Counted from the stretch's first letter, positions 1 to 10,200 are shown. The stretch: 47,535 bases of DNA from an uncultured Candidatus Saccharibacteria bacterium (GCA_964535425.1 CAZHSZ010000001.1:32489-80023); one strand, 5' to 3'. The notes: generated by a model from the sequence alone, not told the origin. Numbers and translations are program-made.

Positions 1-42
1 TTATTTCCCGAAGGACCGCACCGGCGCGCATACCTCGCCGAG

Positions 43-789
43 GTGAAGGAATTAAGCGAAGACCAAGGGGTGATGGAAAGCCAGAAGGTCGGCATAGATA
101 TCGCGTACCGTCTCAAGGATTCCGGGCTGTATCCGTCTCCCTCCGATGAGTATCCGAGTGATTCCTTTGCCGGTTACTTCAGGGAAGTTATTCCAAGCGA
201 GGGGCATGATTTGGGACGGTATCTCAAAAAGGTATTTAAAAACGGAGGGGCGATTGGCATTGAATTCGGCGGACAGGGAAAACGGCTGTTCATGGATTTG
301 AACGAAAAGTACCCAGGGTTGTTCTCTGAGTTCTTCGGCATAGCGCTCGGCGAATACGAGGAGGATAAAAAACCGGCAGGCCATACCTTTATCGCAGGCG
401 ATTTGACAGTACCAGAGACCTATCGCGCACTTGAAGAAAAACTAGGAGGTCGGAAGGCGAATTTCATAGTCGAACGCATGGTTCGAGGACTCAGTTATGT
501 TCCGTTTCTTGAGCCCGCACGGATGGCGGAAATCTTAGGGAAATGGTACGAACTTTTAGATACTGACGGCATACTGCTTCTCGAAATACCATCACTGCTT
601 CGGCCGTTGCAGGAAGCATGGGTGGCCCATTTACGCAGCGTCGCCCCTAAGACGCTTGAAGTATCCTCAGTTCACGATGCAAACGGTGAAGACGGGCTAC
701 TGCTTATACGCAAACTCCCCGGCGCGCCCGAATCATTACCCCTGCTTGATATCCAGACCGTAAAGCGTCTACCGAGGGAGTATTTCTAG
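43..789 (+). CDS. Rossmann-fold SAM-dependent methyltransferase-like protein (function uncertain)
   Basis: 248-aa ORF. Gly-rich motif-I-like IGIEFGGQG plus later strands FIAGDL and GILLLEIP, as in class I methyltransferases. The frame is open back to window base 1, so the true start may lie upstream of the window or at ATG 73. Confidence 0.5.
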   Translation: MKELSEDQGVMESQKVGIDIAYRLKDSGLYPSPSDEYPSDSFAGYFREVIPSEGHDLGRYLKKVFKNGGAIGIEFGGQGKRLFMDLNEKYPGLFSEFFGIALGEYEEDKKPAGHTFIAGDLTVPETYRALEEKLGGRKANFIVERMVRGLSYVPFLEPARMAEILGKWYELLDTDGILLLEIPSLLRPLQEAWVAHLRSVAPKTLEVSSVHDANGEDGLLLIRKLPGAPESLPLLDIQTVKRLPREYF

Positions 790-1397
790 GCGCTATCGCG
801 CGCCCGCCAGAGAATGCGGGATGCGGTCGTCCGATGGGGCGACCATTTTGCCGAAATCGCTTCAAGCTCCGCGTGCGTAGGGTTTTTAATACCATACAAG
901 GTTTCAATGGAGCGGATGAGGCCGAGATCGCCTTTGGAGAAGATATCGGGGTGGCCAAGCCCGAACATAAGGAACATCTCGGAGGTCCATGGACCGATGC
1001 CCCATACTTTCGTGAGTGTTTGCGTCGCCGTTTCAGGCGATTCTTTTTTTAACGGACCGAGCTTCAATCCTTTCTTCATCGCGTTCGCGAGCTCTTTGAG
1101 CGTTTTCGCCTTTGCGGCGGAGAGTCCTGCCTTGCGCAAGCGGGGGAGCGAGGCCTTCTGAATGCTTTCGGGCGTTACCGTCCCACCGCACACCTCTTTT
1201 ACGCGGCCCCAGATGGTGTCGGAGGCTTTTACTGAAAGCTGCTGGCTCACCACCGATTCGGCAAGAGAGGCGAAGAGGCGGACTTCGCCCTTCGTTTCCT
1301 TGCGTGCAGTCAAGGACGCGCGGACGCGTTTCGCCGCCGTATGGAGAATGGGGTCGGCTTTTTTGAAATGCGCAAATGCGTTCTCGAGGTCCGTCAT
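786..1397 (-). CDS. HhH-GPD superfamily DNA glycosylase (AlkA / 3-methyladenine glycosylase II-like)
   Basis: Helix-hairpin-helix plus Gly/Pro loop plus Asp region LTKVWGIGPWTSEMFLMFGLGHPDIFSKGDLGL. Track ORF (to 1577) trimmed to ATG 1397 (MTDLENAF...) because the upstream 60 codons look non-coding and overlap the divergent gene. Confidence 0.75.
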   Translation of the reverse strand: MTDLENAFAHFKKADPILHTAAKRVRASLTARKETKGEVRLFASLAESVVSQQLSVKASDTIWGRVKEVCGGTVTPESIQKASLPRLRKAGLSAAKAKTLKELANAMKKGLKLGPLKKESPETATQTLTKVWGIGPWTSEMFLMFGLGHPDIFSKGDLGLIRSIETLYGIKNPTHAELEAISAKWSPHRTTASRILWRARDSA

Positions 1398-1473
1398 AGG
1401 GGAATTGTACGCGGGTCTTCTACTGTCCACAAAGGGCCTGTATCGAAGCGTAGGGAACGGTATACTAGTACTA

Positions 1474-1674
1474 ATGATTCGCCTTATCGTGTGGATAGTT
1501 ATTGGGCTTTTGGCCCTGTCGTTTTTCGGCATATCGCTCCGCGCCATCGCGGGCTCACCGACGAACCAGGACAACATCGCGTTCCTCCTAAGCGTGCTTA
1601 AAGACGGCTGGAACTATATAAGCGCATGGCTGCATAGCATTCTGGCTATGTTCCCAAACTATAAGGGAGAATAA
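1474..1674 (+). CDS. Small membrane protein (66 aa), unknown function
   Basis: Internal ATG of track ORF 1162..1674. Product MIRLIVWIVIGLLALSFFGISL... has one clear TM helix. -10-like TATACT (1461-1466) lies 7 nt before the ATG. Confidence 0.4.
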   Translation: MIRLIVWIVIGLLALSFFGISLRAIAGSPTNQDNIAFLLSVLKDGWNYISAWLHSILAMFPNYKGE

Positions 1675-1805
1675 GTATGTTTAAAAAACCCAGCTACTTC
1701 GTTGCGGGTCCCAACTCCTCGCTTCGCCGTAGCTTCAGTACGTCTACACTCGTCGTTTCCCCGCGCCTCGTATCTGGGCTTTTTACTCACACTTACTAAG
1801 AAATT

Positions 1806-2066
1806 ATGGAAGAACGCAAAGCGGTCCCGGTCACTATCCCTTCTGACACGCGACCGGCATTTGCAAATGCCACCCAAGTCACCGTATCGGACGATGCGGT
1901 CGTCGTGCAGTTCGCCTACGTGCGTCCGCGTGCCGCCTCCGGCCAATTGATTTCAGAGGTTGTGCTTTCCCCGAAGCACGCAATTGATTTCAGCCGCTCG
2001 CTTGATGCGACAATAAAAAAGCATTTTACGCGCCATTTGGACGCCGGAACTGAAACGACAGCATAG
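1806..2066 (+). CDS. DUF3467-like small protein
   Basis: 86 aa. Pattern FANATQVTVSDDAVVVQF...SEVVLSPKHAIDFSRSLDATIKKH resembles my recollection of the DUF3467 family (YAN..V.HS.EEF.LDF....V.R...SP.HAKR....L..NI..YE). Confidence 0.6.
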   Translation: MEERKAVPVTIPSDTRPAFANATQVTVSDDAVVVQFAYVRPRAASGQLISEVVLSPKHAIDFSRSLDATIKKHFTRHLDAGTETTA

Positions 2067-2149
2067 ATAGTGGGGAGAGGCGCCTGTCATATGAGTCTTA
2101 GGTGCTAGAATTTTACCGTATTCTGTATCCGGGCAGATACGTGAACGCA

Positions 2150-2899
2150 ATGAACCTATTTTCTTTACACAAAAACGATACGAGAATTCCTCAGGTCTTT
2201 TCGAATGCGACAATTCTGCCGAATCGGTACTCGTTTCGTTTGGTAAAACGCGTTCGCGCCCGAGAAGTCGTATCCCCACACATTGCGTACGACACGCCAC
2301 TTGAAAATACTCCTGTTTCTGAACCGGTGGTCGCGGAAGATATGGATGTTTCAGAGACGACTGCGTATGAGCGATTTGAACCTACGGAAAACGCTTTGGA
2401 CGATCGCAAAAGGAACTTCCTTAAGCTTGCGAGCCTGGTAGGGCTCGGCGTAGTTGCCGCTTCCGCACTGCCGGAAAAGGCGCAGGCGTACGTTATGGGC
2501 AGTAGTCCTACGAGTGGGGTAGTTGGCGTAAAGAATTCCGGGAACACCCGCATAAACCCCGCTACCGAAGACACGCTTCAGCTTTTGCTCGCCGGAAACG
2601 CCGTACTTAAAAAGACCGTTAGTCTTTCCTCATCGGGAACCGTGCATACGCCCGCTTCCGGAAAAAAGGTTCGCATTTACAATACGAAATTCTCGCTCGA
2701 CGCCACGATGACGAGCGTATCGTTTAGATTTACGTCGGGAGGGACCGATTTTGAAAAATACGTAGCGCCGCGCACGGGCGGTTTGTACGGTACGAATAAT
2801 CATCCTAACTTCAAGGAAGGCGGCACGGATGAGGCGGTATACTGCGCGATAAGCGGTACGGGGAATGTGCAGATAAACATCGATTACCTCGAGGTATAA
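2150..2899 (+). CDS. Putative Tat-exported protein (KR-type twin-arginine-like signal), beta-rich mature domain, unknown function
   Basis: The GTG at 2102 lies inside the promoter-like TGcTAGAAT (2103-2111), so ATG 2150 is the first usable in-frame start. Internal ATG 2342 gives MDVSETTAYERFEPTENALDDRKRNFLKLASLVGLGVVAASALPEKAQA, a textbook-positioned Tat signal (RNFLK motif, h-region, AQA cleavage site). I favour 2342 biologically and report the longer model for safety. Confidence 0.6.
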   Translation: MNLFSLHKNDTRIPQVFSNATILPNRYSFRLVKRVRAREVVSPHIAYDTPLENTPVSEPVVAEDMDVSETTAYERFEPTENALDDRKRNFLKLASLVGLGVVAASALPEKAQAYVMGSSPTSGVVGVKNSGNTRINPATEDTLQLLLAGNAVLKKTVSLSSSGTVHTPASGKKVRIYNTKFSLDATMTSVSFRFTSGGTDFEKYVAPRTGGLYGTNNHPNFKEGGTDEAVYCAISGTGNVQINIDYLEV

Positions 2900-2911
2900 T
2901 ACGATTGATAT

Positions 2912-5344
2912 ATGGCAACACGCGCAGTCGAGCACTTGTTCACCGGAGCCACCACTCCCTACACTTCGTACGACTCAACGAAGACCGTCCTCGGCGACCT
3001 TATCAAGCAGTACACGGGCGCGGGCGCTGAAGATAAGTATGCAGGCCCTATCCGCACCGGTCGTGATAGCGGTTTGACGACCACCTATGCGCTTGCGCGA
3101 CCTAACGAAACCTCGACCGCCGTTCCGGGAGTATTCCCTCATGTCGTGCGCTGGGCAGCAAAGAGCGGATACTACTCGACCGGTACGGTCGCAGTCTCCG
3201 CAACCGCAGTCACCGGTACCTCTACCGACTTTCTCGCTTCCGGTACGCCCGTTGGCGCCCGCATCGGCTTCGGCTCGACGAATCCGGCGTCCATTACGAC
3301 GTGGTACACCATAACGGCAATTGCGTCCGCCACCTCTCTCACCCTGCAGTCAAGCGCGGGCACGGTGGCGGGCGGCACCGCGTATGTCATCGATAAAACC
3401 TATAACCGCGATTGGGTGTTTCTAGCCGACAACGCCGCTGCCGCCGCAACGCGTCGCATAACCCTCTTCGAGTTCAACCGTGAGGATTCGGTCTTTACCT
3501 GGAAAGGATTCATCACGCAGACCTATCCGGCCGCGACCAACCACACCATCCGCGGTATGCGCGCGGTGTACGCAACCTACACCACCGGCACGGTCGCCGT
3601 ATCGGCCGCAACCGTAACCGGTACCTCAACTACCTGGAACACCGACCGTATATTCATAGGCTCGAGAATCGGATTCGGTTCCACCGACCCAACGCAAATA
3701 AGCACGTGGTACTACATAAATGCCGTGGGGTCCGATACCTCCATTACCATTCAGACGAACATAACCGCTTCCGGTACCGGAGGTACGGCGGCGAACATAA
3801 CCATCGCTTCGGGTACTGCGTACGTTATCGAAGACCTTCGCATACTTAATGCGAATACGAACGCCACGACTACGAACGGCGGCCTCTTTATGACCGCCGG
3901 TGTCTCCTATAACGACTTCGTGTCGACCGGTACGACCATAGCTGCCGCGGTGTCGACCGACAAGGTAAAGGCAAACTACTGGCTCGCGGACGCATCTACC
4001 GTGACCAACACTATCGCCGACGGGTGCGCGCTCGACGACCGCGACAGCTTCACTCAGCAATTTTGTTACGTGCTCGACAACACGGCGACACCGAAGGTAT
4101 ATAAATACAATTTCAGGAAAGCGCTCACGCTCGCTTCGGGGAAAGACACCACCTGTCTAGTGCTTACTACGGGAACCCAGGCGCTTACCGGTACCGTCTC
4201 CCAAAACAACAACGGCCGCATCGGTACCTTGGCTTCGGGCGGGGGAGTGAAGGCACTCTATTTCGCAACGACTACCCGCATCTACCGAGCGCCCGTCTCC
4301 GGTATCGTCGGAGGATCCTCTTCATGGGCGGCCGACAGCATGGTGGAAATACCCACGGGCGGCACCTCAACGTACACCGCCTCATCGGCACTAACCTCGG
4401 TTGAAATTTCCGACCAGATTGACCGCCTGCTTATTACAAACACGGGCGGCGGCGCAACCACTTGTAACCGCGCGTATATCACCCAATACAACACCATATC
4501 GACTCCGTTCGATCTTCCGTTTATGATCGATTCGCGCCAAATCGACCAATCCATCGCGGACAACAACGCCTGCCCGCATCCGAGTCCGGCTGGCGCGGCT
4601 ATTTCTACTTGGTCCGAAGCGGGTATCGCCTACATCGTCCGTGCTGGTACCACCTCGGCTACAAACCTTATGTACGCGGTGCCTATCGGTGCGGACTGGG
4701 ATTTCGCCTCCGGTACGGTAAAACAGCGTCTTATCACTCCATCGCTCGCCACTCCAAACGCGATTAAACTAAAGCGTGCGGTCGCAACGAATGAGGATTA
4801 TATGGGTGGCGGTTCACTGCGCTTACCGACCGAACCCTACCGCATGTATTACCGCACCGCGGGCATCAGCGACGATTCTGGTAGCTGGACGTTGATTGAC
4901 CGCACCGGCGACCTGACCACCGCGACCGCAGGCACCGAGATACAATTCATGTTCGAGTTCCGCACCGCAGGAACGTTTTGCCTGCCGAGTCGCATCTTCA
5001 GCGTCTCGTGCCTCTACGAGGACAACACCACCGACAGCCACTACCAGCCATCGGTCGCATTTTCTTCAACGACCAATAAGCGATTCGCGTGGCGCTTCTC
5101 GACCGCATTCGGCTCTACCGTGCCGCGTCTCAAGGTAACCCTTTATGACGCGGTGACCGACGGCGTACTTGCGACCGACGACACAACAACGCTTGCCGGT
5201 ACCTGGGAAAAATCCACAAATGACGGAAGTAGCTGGGGCGCCTACGATTCGAGCGACGTTACGAACGAAACGACCTATATACGCTTCACTCCCGCATCAC
5301 TTGCCGACAACATCAAGGTACGTGCCTTGCTTACTCAGTATTAG
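2912..5344 (+). CDS. Large (810 aa) Thr/Ser/Gly/Ala-rich beta-type protein, no signal peptide or TM, unknown function
   Basis: Uninterrupted 810-codon ORF 12 nt after the previous gene. Internal duplicated module (aa 88-160 and 222-306). No recognisable catalytic motif. A perfect TATAAT (2895-2900) lies 11 nt upstream of the ATG. Confidence 0.7.
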   Translation: MATRAVEHLFTGATTPYTSYDSTKTVLGDLIKQYTGAGAEDKYAGPIRTGRDSGLTTTYALARPNETSTAVPGVFPHVVRWAAKSGYYSTGTVAVSATAVTGTSTDFLASGTPVGARIGFGSTNPASITTWYTITAIASATSLTLQSSAGTVAGGTAYVIDKTYNRDWVFLADNAAAAATRRITLFEFNREDSVFTWKGFITQTYPAATNHTIRGMRAVYATYTTGTVAVSAATVTGTSTTWNTDRIFIGSRIGFGSTDPTQISTWYYINAVGSDTSITIQTNITASGTGGTAANITIASGTAYVIEDLRILNANTNATTTNGGLFMTAGVSYNDFVSTGTTIAAAVSTDKVKANYWLADASTVTNTIADGCALDDRDSFTQQFCYVLDNTATPKVYKYNFRKALTLASGKDTTCLVLTTGTQALTGTVSQNNNGRIGTLASGGGVKALYFATTTRIYRAPVSGIVGGSSSWAADSMVEIPTGGTSTYTASSALTSVEISDQIDRLLITNTGGGATTCNRAYITQYNTISTPFDLPFMIDSRQIDQSIADNNACPHPSPAGAAISTWSEAGIAYIVRAGTTSATNLMYAVPIGADWDFASGTVKQRLITPSLATPNAIKLKRAVATNEDYMGGGSLRLPTEPYRMYYRTAGISDDSGSWTLIDRTGDLTTATAGTEIQFMFEFRTAGTFCLPSRIFSVSCLYEDNTTDSHYQPSVAFSSTTNKRFAWRFSTAFGSTVPRLKVTLYDAVTDGVLATDDTTTLAGTWEKSTNDGSSWGAYDSSDVTNETTYIRFTPASLADNIKVRALLTQY

Positions 5345-5347
5345 CCT

Positions 5348-5980
5348 ATGGTTACCGTTACAGAAAACATGGATATTGCCGGAGATCCGAATCTCACCGT
5401 ATATTCGCCCGCGGGCGAGTACGCGGATACCGACTTGATTTTATGCGCGGATAAAAAAAATCCCGGACTCCCAATCGTCCAGCTTCAAGCCCAGTATCTC
5501 AGGTACGGACCGATTGTGTATCAGTACAACGCTCCGGAAGAACTCGGCGGTGCGCTCTTCGCACTTGACCCCGACTCAACGCACGACGCCGTTCTTTTAT
5601 ACAAGGAAGAGGAGGCGCGCAGAGCGGCACGAATGGGAGGGACGCTTACCCCTTCAGACCCCGTTCCGAGCCCTGATTCGAATGCTGACGCATCTCCCAC
5701 ACCAGAGGCCGAAGAAGAGGATGTAAAGTTTTTCAAGGAACAAGACGCGCAGGGAACTGCTACCAGTACGCCGGAAGTACCGACCACCGACCCTGAAATT
5801 CCCGTCATAGATGCGGGCGAAACTCTCGGCGTATCTACCTCTACCGACTCCGCCATTCCTGTTCCCGAACCAGAAATCCCGACCATCCAGCTTGAAACTT
5901 CAACGACGACTCCAATCGCGCAGCCTGAAGTACCTTCCGTATCAGTACCTGACACTACAGCTACGACCACGCCGGAGTAA
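5348..5980 (+). CDS. Hypothetical protein: globular N-terminal half plus acidic Pro/Thr/Glu-rich tail
   Basis: 210 aa, starting 3 nt after the 810-aa gene stop. The tail contains reiterated PE(V/I)P motifs (PEVPTTDPEIPVID, PEPEIPTIQ, QPEVPSVSVP) and is probably disordered. Confidence 0.55.
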   Translation: MVTVTENMDIAGDPNLTVYSPAGEYADTDLILCADKKNPGLPIVQLQAQYLRYGPIVYQYNAPEELGGALFALDPDSTHDAVLLYKEEEARRAARMGGTLTPSDPVPSPDSNADASPTPEAEEEDVKFFKEQDAQGTATSTPEVPTTDPEIPVIDAGETLGVSTSTDSAIPVPEPEIPTIQLETSTTTPIAQPEVPSVSVPDTTATTTPE

Positions 5981-5987
5981 TGCATCC

Positions 5988-6173
5988 ATGGCTCTTACGG
6001 ACATAGATTTCCAAGAAGGGGAGGGGCAGGATTTCATCGTCGAGCTTGCCCTTGGAGCCCTTGGTACTCCTGCGGACATTCTCACAGAGTCTGCGGAATC
6101 GCAGTACCCCGTGCTTGAGGCACCGCTCGTTACCGGAGGCGGAGGCGACGAAATCTTCATTCTGAACGATTAA
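5988..6173 (+). CDS. Small (61 aa) highly acidic hypothetical protein
   Basis: Internal ATG of track ORF 5811..6173, 7 nt after the previous stop. Product MALTDIDFQEGEGQDFIVELALGALGTPADILTESAESQYPVLEAPLVTGGGGDEIFILND. Supported mainly by operon spacing. Confidence 0.4.
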   Translation: MALTDIDFQEGEGQDFIVELALGALGTPADILTESAESQYPVLEAPLVTGGGGDEIFILND

Positions 6174-6209
6174 AAGCTGCTCCTGCGATCTCTCTGGTAT
6201 CCTGTAGGA

Positions 6210-6941
6210 ATGGGGAATTTTGCCAGCTTTGCCGAAACCTACGGCCCATATCTGGAAGAAATACGAAAACGACTCTATCGTCTTGCTATTGTCTTTACCG
6301 GAGCATTTATACTCGGCTTGTTTTCGACCAATATTTTTCTACCGTTTTTCGTGCATTTTCTCTCGATAGAAAACGTCACTATTGTCGCTACTTCACCCTT
6401 CCAACTCCTTGAGCTTGCGATGAGTGCCGGGTTTTTCTCCGCAATCGTGATTACGATACCGTTCGCCTTTCAACAAGCCTATGCATTTCTCAGGGACGGG
6501 CTGCTCCCGCGCGAGCGCCGTATGATCTTCCTGCTGATTCCGCTCTCCCTGTTCTTGTTTTTTCTCGGATTTTCCTACGGATTCGCAGTGATGTACTACG
6601 CCATAGGATTTATCGCAAATGTAAACGCCGGGTTCGGGATTACGAATCTATGGAGCGTTACGCAGTTCCTTTCACAAATCCTCATTACTTCAGCGTTATT
6701 GGGCTGCATTTTCGAGTTTCCAGTCGTTCTTTCGGCTCTTATCCGCTTACGCGTATGCTCCGTGGGTTTTCTGCGCCGAAACCGCCGCATCGCCTATGCC
6801 GGTATATTCATTTTTGTCGCTTTACTTCCCCCTACCGACGGGCTATCCTTCCTAGTGATGTCCCTTCCGCTCATACTTATGTACGAGTTGACCATTTTGG
6901 CTAACTCGTTTCGAGGGCGGAAAGAACTCTTAGAAACATAA
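6210..6941 (+). CDS. tatC: Sec-independent (twin-arginine) translocase subunit TatC
   Basis: 243 aa, polytopic (about 6 TM). N-terminal EEIRKRLYRLAIVFTGAFILG... and overall layout are typical for TatC. Directly followed by a tatA-like gene. Confidence 0.85.
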   Translation: MGNFASFAETYGPYLEEIRKRLYRLAIVFTGAFILGLFSTNIFLPFFVHFLSIENVTIVATSPFQLLELAMSAGFFSAIVITIPFAFQQAYAFLRDGLLPRERRMIFLLIPLSLFLFFLGFSYGFAVMYYAIGFIANVNAGFGITNLWSVTQFLSQILITSALLGCIFEFPVVLSALIRLRVCSVGFLRRNRRIAYAGIFIFVALLPPTDGLSFLVMSLPLILMYELTILANSFRGRKELLET

Positions 6942-6953
6942 TTTTTAGCACCT

Positions 6954-7112
6954 ATGTTTGGACTCGGCTCAAACGAACTCATCATCATTGCGGTCATTCT
7001 CGTGCTCTTGTTCGGCGCGACGCGTATTCCGGCTCTCACGAGGGGAATCGCTGACGCCATCCGCACGCTCCGCGGTGCGTTCAAGGACGAGGACAAGAAC
7101 AAAAAGGTCTAA
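6954..7112 (+). CDS. tatA: Twin-arginine translocase subunit TatA/E
   Basis: Not in the ORF track (52 aa). MFGLGSNELIIIAVILVLLFGATRIPALTRGIADAIRTLRGAFKDEDKNKKV has the canonical TatA layout: N-terminal TM, the hinge segment LLFGATRIP (canonical form LLFG..K.P), then an amphipathic helix. It starts 12 nt after tatC. Confidence 0.8.
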   Translation: MFGLGSNELIIIAVILVLLFGATRIPALTRGIADAIRTLRGAFKDEDKNKKV

Positions 7113-7130
7113 CTATTTCCTCGCTGAAAA

Positions 7131-7164
7131 ACACCGGCAACGCGCGCGTTGCCGGTGTTTTTCT
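7131..7164 (+). terminator. Rho-independent terminator closing the tat operon
   Basis: Stem acaccggcaac / gttgccggtgt with a GC-rich loop, followed by tttttc. This is the first strong terminator downstream of the promoter at 2103. Confidence 0.7.
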
Positions 7165-7241
7165 ATGGGGAAAGCGGGTAAAAAGGAGTCCTTCAAATGC
7201 TACGATAGTACTTGGGTTCTCTCGGGCGTTTTGCGCGCAGT

Positions 7242-10200
7242 ATGCATACTCTATTTACCTATTTTTCATCCTTCGTACGGAGCACGCCGGCGCGTATCGC
7301 CCTGTTGGCGCTTGCCGTTTTTTCATTCGCCACGTCGGCGTACGCTGAATACCGCCAGTTCCTACCCGGCGACGATATATACATCGGCGAATTCGTATTT
7401 GACGATGATTTTCAAGCCACCACGACTGCAGGATGTACGCTCACCGTGTACGATCCTTCCGGCACCCTTGTGGTAAACGCCGCCCCGATGACGGTTCCGG
7501 ATGCGAACAGCTACTACGTCTATTCTTTTACTCCGACCAATACCCCGGGGATTTGGCCGGCATATATAACCTGCGGTTCGGCACTAAATGGCAGCCTCGT
7601 GCGCATGGAGAAGACGTTTGAAATAACCGACCGCATCGTTTCCTCGTCGTCCGTTGCAGCACTCGTAAACGCGAACACTAATACCGCAATCGCGACCGCT
7701 TCCTCATCTCTCGCTTCGACACTTCCAAATTCCATTTGGGCGTTCTCCGGAAGAACCCTCACTTCTTTCGGAACGCTCGTTTCGGATATATGGACGAACG
7801 GAACGCGCTCGCTCACCACCTTCGGCACGCTTGCCGCAGACATATGGGCTTCCGGCACACGGACACTCACCGGCTTCGGCACGCTCGCGGCCGATGTCTG
7901 GACGAATGGCACCCGTACGCTCACGGGCGCAGGACTCACAAGCGGAAGTCTCGCAACGCTTAGCGATGTACAGAACGCTTCTTCATCCATCGCCGCGGTC
8001 GTGAATGCGAATACGAATAGCACGGTAAACACTGCTTCTTCCTCTCTTGCCGCAGTCATAAACGGAAACACGAATACGACGGTGCAGACCGCTTCCTCGT
8101 CTCTTGCGGCAGTCATAAACGCGAACACAAACGCAACCGTGCTTACCGCGTCCACGTCGCTCGGCCTTTCGCTGAGCGGAATCGCTTCATCGATAACCGC
8201 GCTTCCGGCAGCCGTCTGGAACGTCGCGACGACAACCATGACGACGCCGGGCACTATCGGCTACGTGCTCGCGAACAACATCGATATCGCTATTTCAGCA
8301 GTATCTGGCGGGGGCGGGGGACTCACCGCGGCTGATGTCTGGGCGTACGGCACCCGCTCACTCACGAGCGCGAGCCTCACCTCCGGAACGCTTGCCACTC
8401 TGCTAGACGTACAGACCGCCTCAAGCTCCGTCGTCGCGCTCGTAAACGCGAACACTAATAGCGCAACCTCCGGAATCACGAGCGCCGTAAACAGCAATAC
8501 GGACGCAACCGTGCTTGCCGCCTCTTCCTCGCTTGCCACCTCCATTCCCGTCAATGTCTGGAATTCTTCCGTGCGAACCCTCTCATCGTTCGGTACGCTC
8601 GTAAGCGATATCTGGTCCGCGGGAAGCCGGACACTCACCGGCTTCGGCACCTTGGCCGCAGACGTATGGACGAACGGCACCAGGACGCTCACCGGCGCAG
8701 GACTCTCTGCAGGATCTCTTGCGCTTCAGTCTGACGTAACGACAGCTTCCTCTTCTCTTGGCAGCGCGATTACGAACAGCCAGACCGCGATAAACGGCAA
8801 TACTGATACGCGCGTCGGTATAGCGTCGAGCTCGATTGCCGCGGTAGTGAACGCGAATACGAATGCGGCCGTACTCGCTGCATCCACCTCTCTTGGTACC
8901 GCAATCTCGAACAGCCAGACCGCTATCAATGCAAACACGGATAGCAGGGTAGGCACCGCCTCGTCATCCCTTGCTGCGGTCATAAACGCAAACACAAATA
9001 CGACGGTACAGACTGCGTCCTCCTCTCTTGCTGCAGTCATCAATGCGAATACGAACGCAGCCGTGCTAACCGCATCCACCTCGCTTGGGTCAACGCTTTC
9101 AAGCATCACTGCCTCTATAGCGCTCATACCCTCTAACGTCTGGGCGGCAGGAAGCCGCACACTCACCGGCTTCGGCACCTTGGCCGCAGATGTATGGACA
9201 AACGGTACGCGCACTCTGACCGGCGCCGGACTTTCCTCGGGCTCTCTCGCTACACTCTCTGACGTGCAGACGGCCTCTTCTTCGATTGCGGCTGTCGTAA
9301 ATGCGAATACCGATACCCGGGTAACGACCGCTTCTTCATCCCTTGCGACTTCGATACCAATCAACGTATGGAATTCTTCAGTACGAACCCTTTCCTCATT
9401 CGGCACGCTCGCAAGCGATGTCTGGAGTGCAGCGACACGCACCCTTACCGGCGCAGGGCTCACAACGGGAAGTCTCGCAACGCTTAGCGATGTTCAAACC
9501 GCTACCTCGTCTCTCGGCTCGGCAATCACCAACAGCCAGACCGCTATCAATGCGAATACGGATACTCGTGTCGGTATCGCAACCAGTTCGCTCGCCGCGG
9601 TCGTAAACGCGAACACCAACGCTACCGTGCTTACTGCCTCGACCTCGCTCGGCTCGACCCTTTCCTCAATCGCCTCCTCAATCACTTCCATACCAGCTAA
9701 CGTATGGGCGGCTGGCACTCGAACCCTCACCGGCTTTGGTACGCTCGCCGCAGACGTATGGACAAACGGTACGCGCACTCTGACCGGCGCCTCGCTTTCA
9801 AGCGGTTCGCTCGCACTCCAGTCGGACGTCACGACAGCTTCAAGTTCGCTCGGGTCAGCTATCACCGCAAGCCAGACGGCGATAAACAGCAATACCGATA
9901 CGCGCGTCGGCATTGCCTCAAGCTCAATCGCTGCGGTCGTGAACGCCAATACCGATAGCAGGGTAACGGTCGCCACTTCTTCCTTGGCTGCTGTGATAAA
10001 CACAAATACGAATAGTGCTGTACTGACCGCTTCCACCTCGCTCGGCTCATCCATAAGCGCGCTCCCAGCGGCAGTCTGGAACGTCGCGACGACGACCATG
10101 ACGACCGTCGGTTCGATCGGAAAAGTGCTCGCTACCAATATCGATACCGTCCTCTCGACGATCGGCGGCGGCTCACTCACCCCTGCCGACATATGGGCAT

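Noticed and set aside
1675-1805. 130-nt spacer with distal cccag/ctggg pairing flanked by A- and T-tracts: a possible sRNA or terminator
   Set aside because: The pairing is only 5 bp, with a poorly structured 78-nt interior and no clear promoter. Evidence is insufficient.
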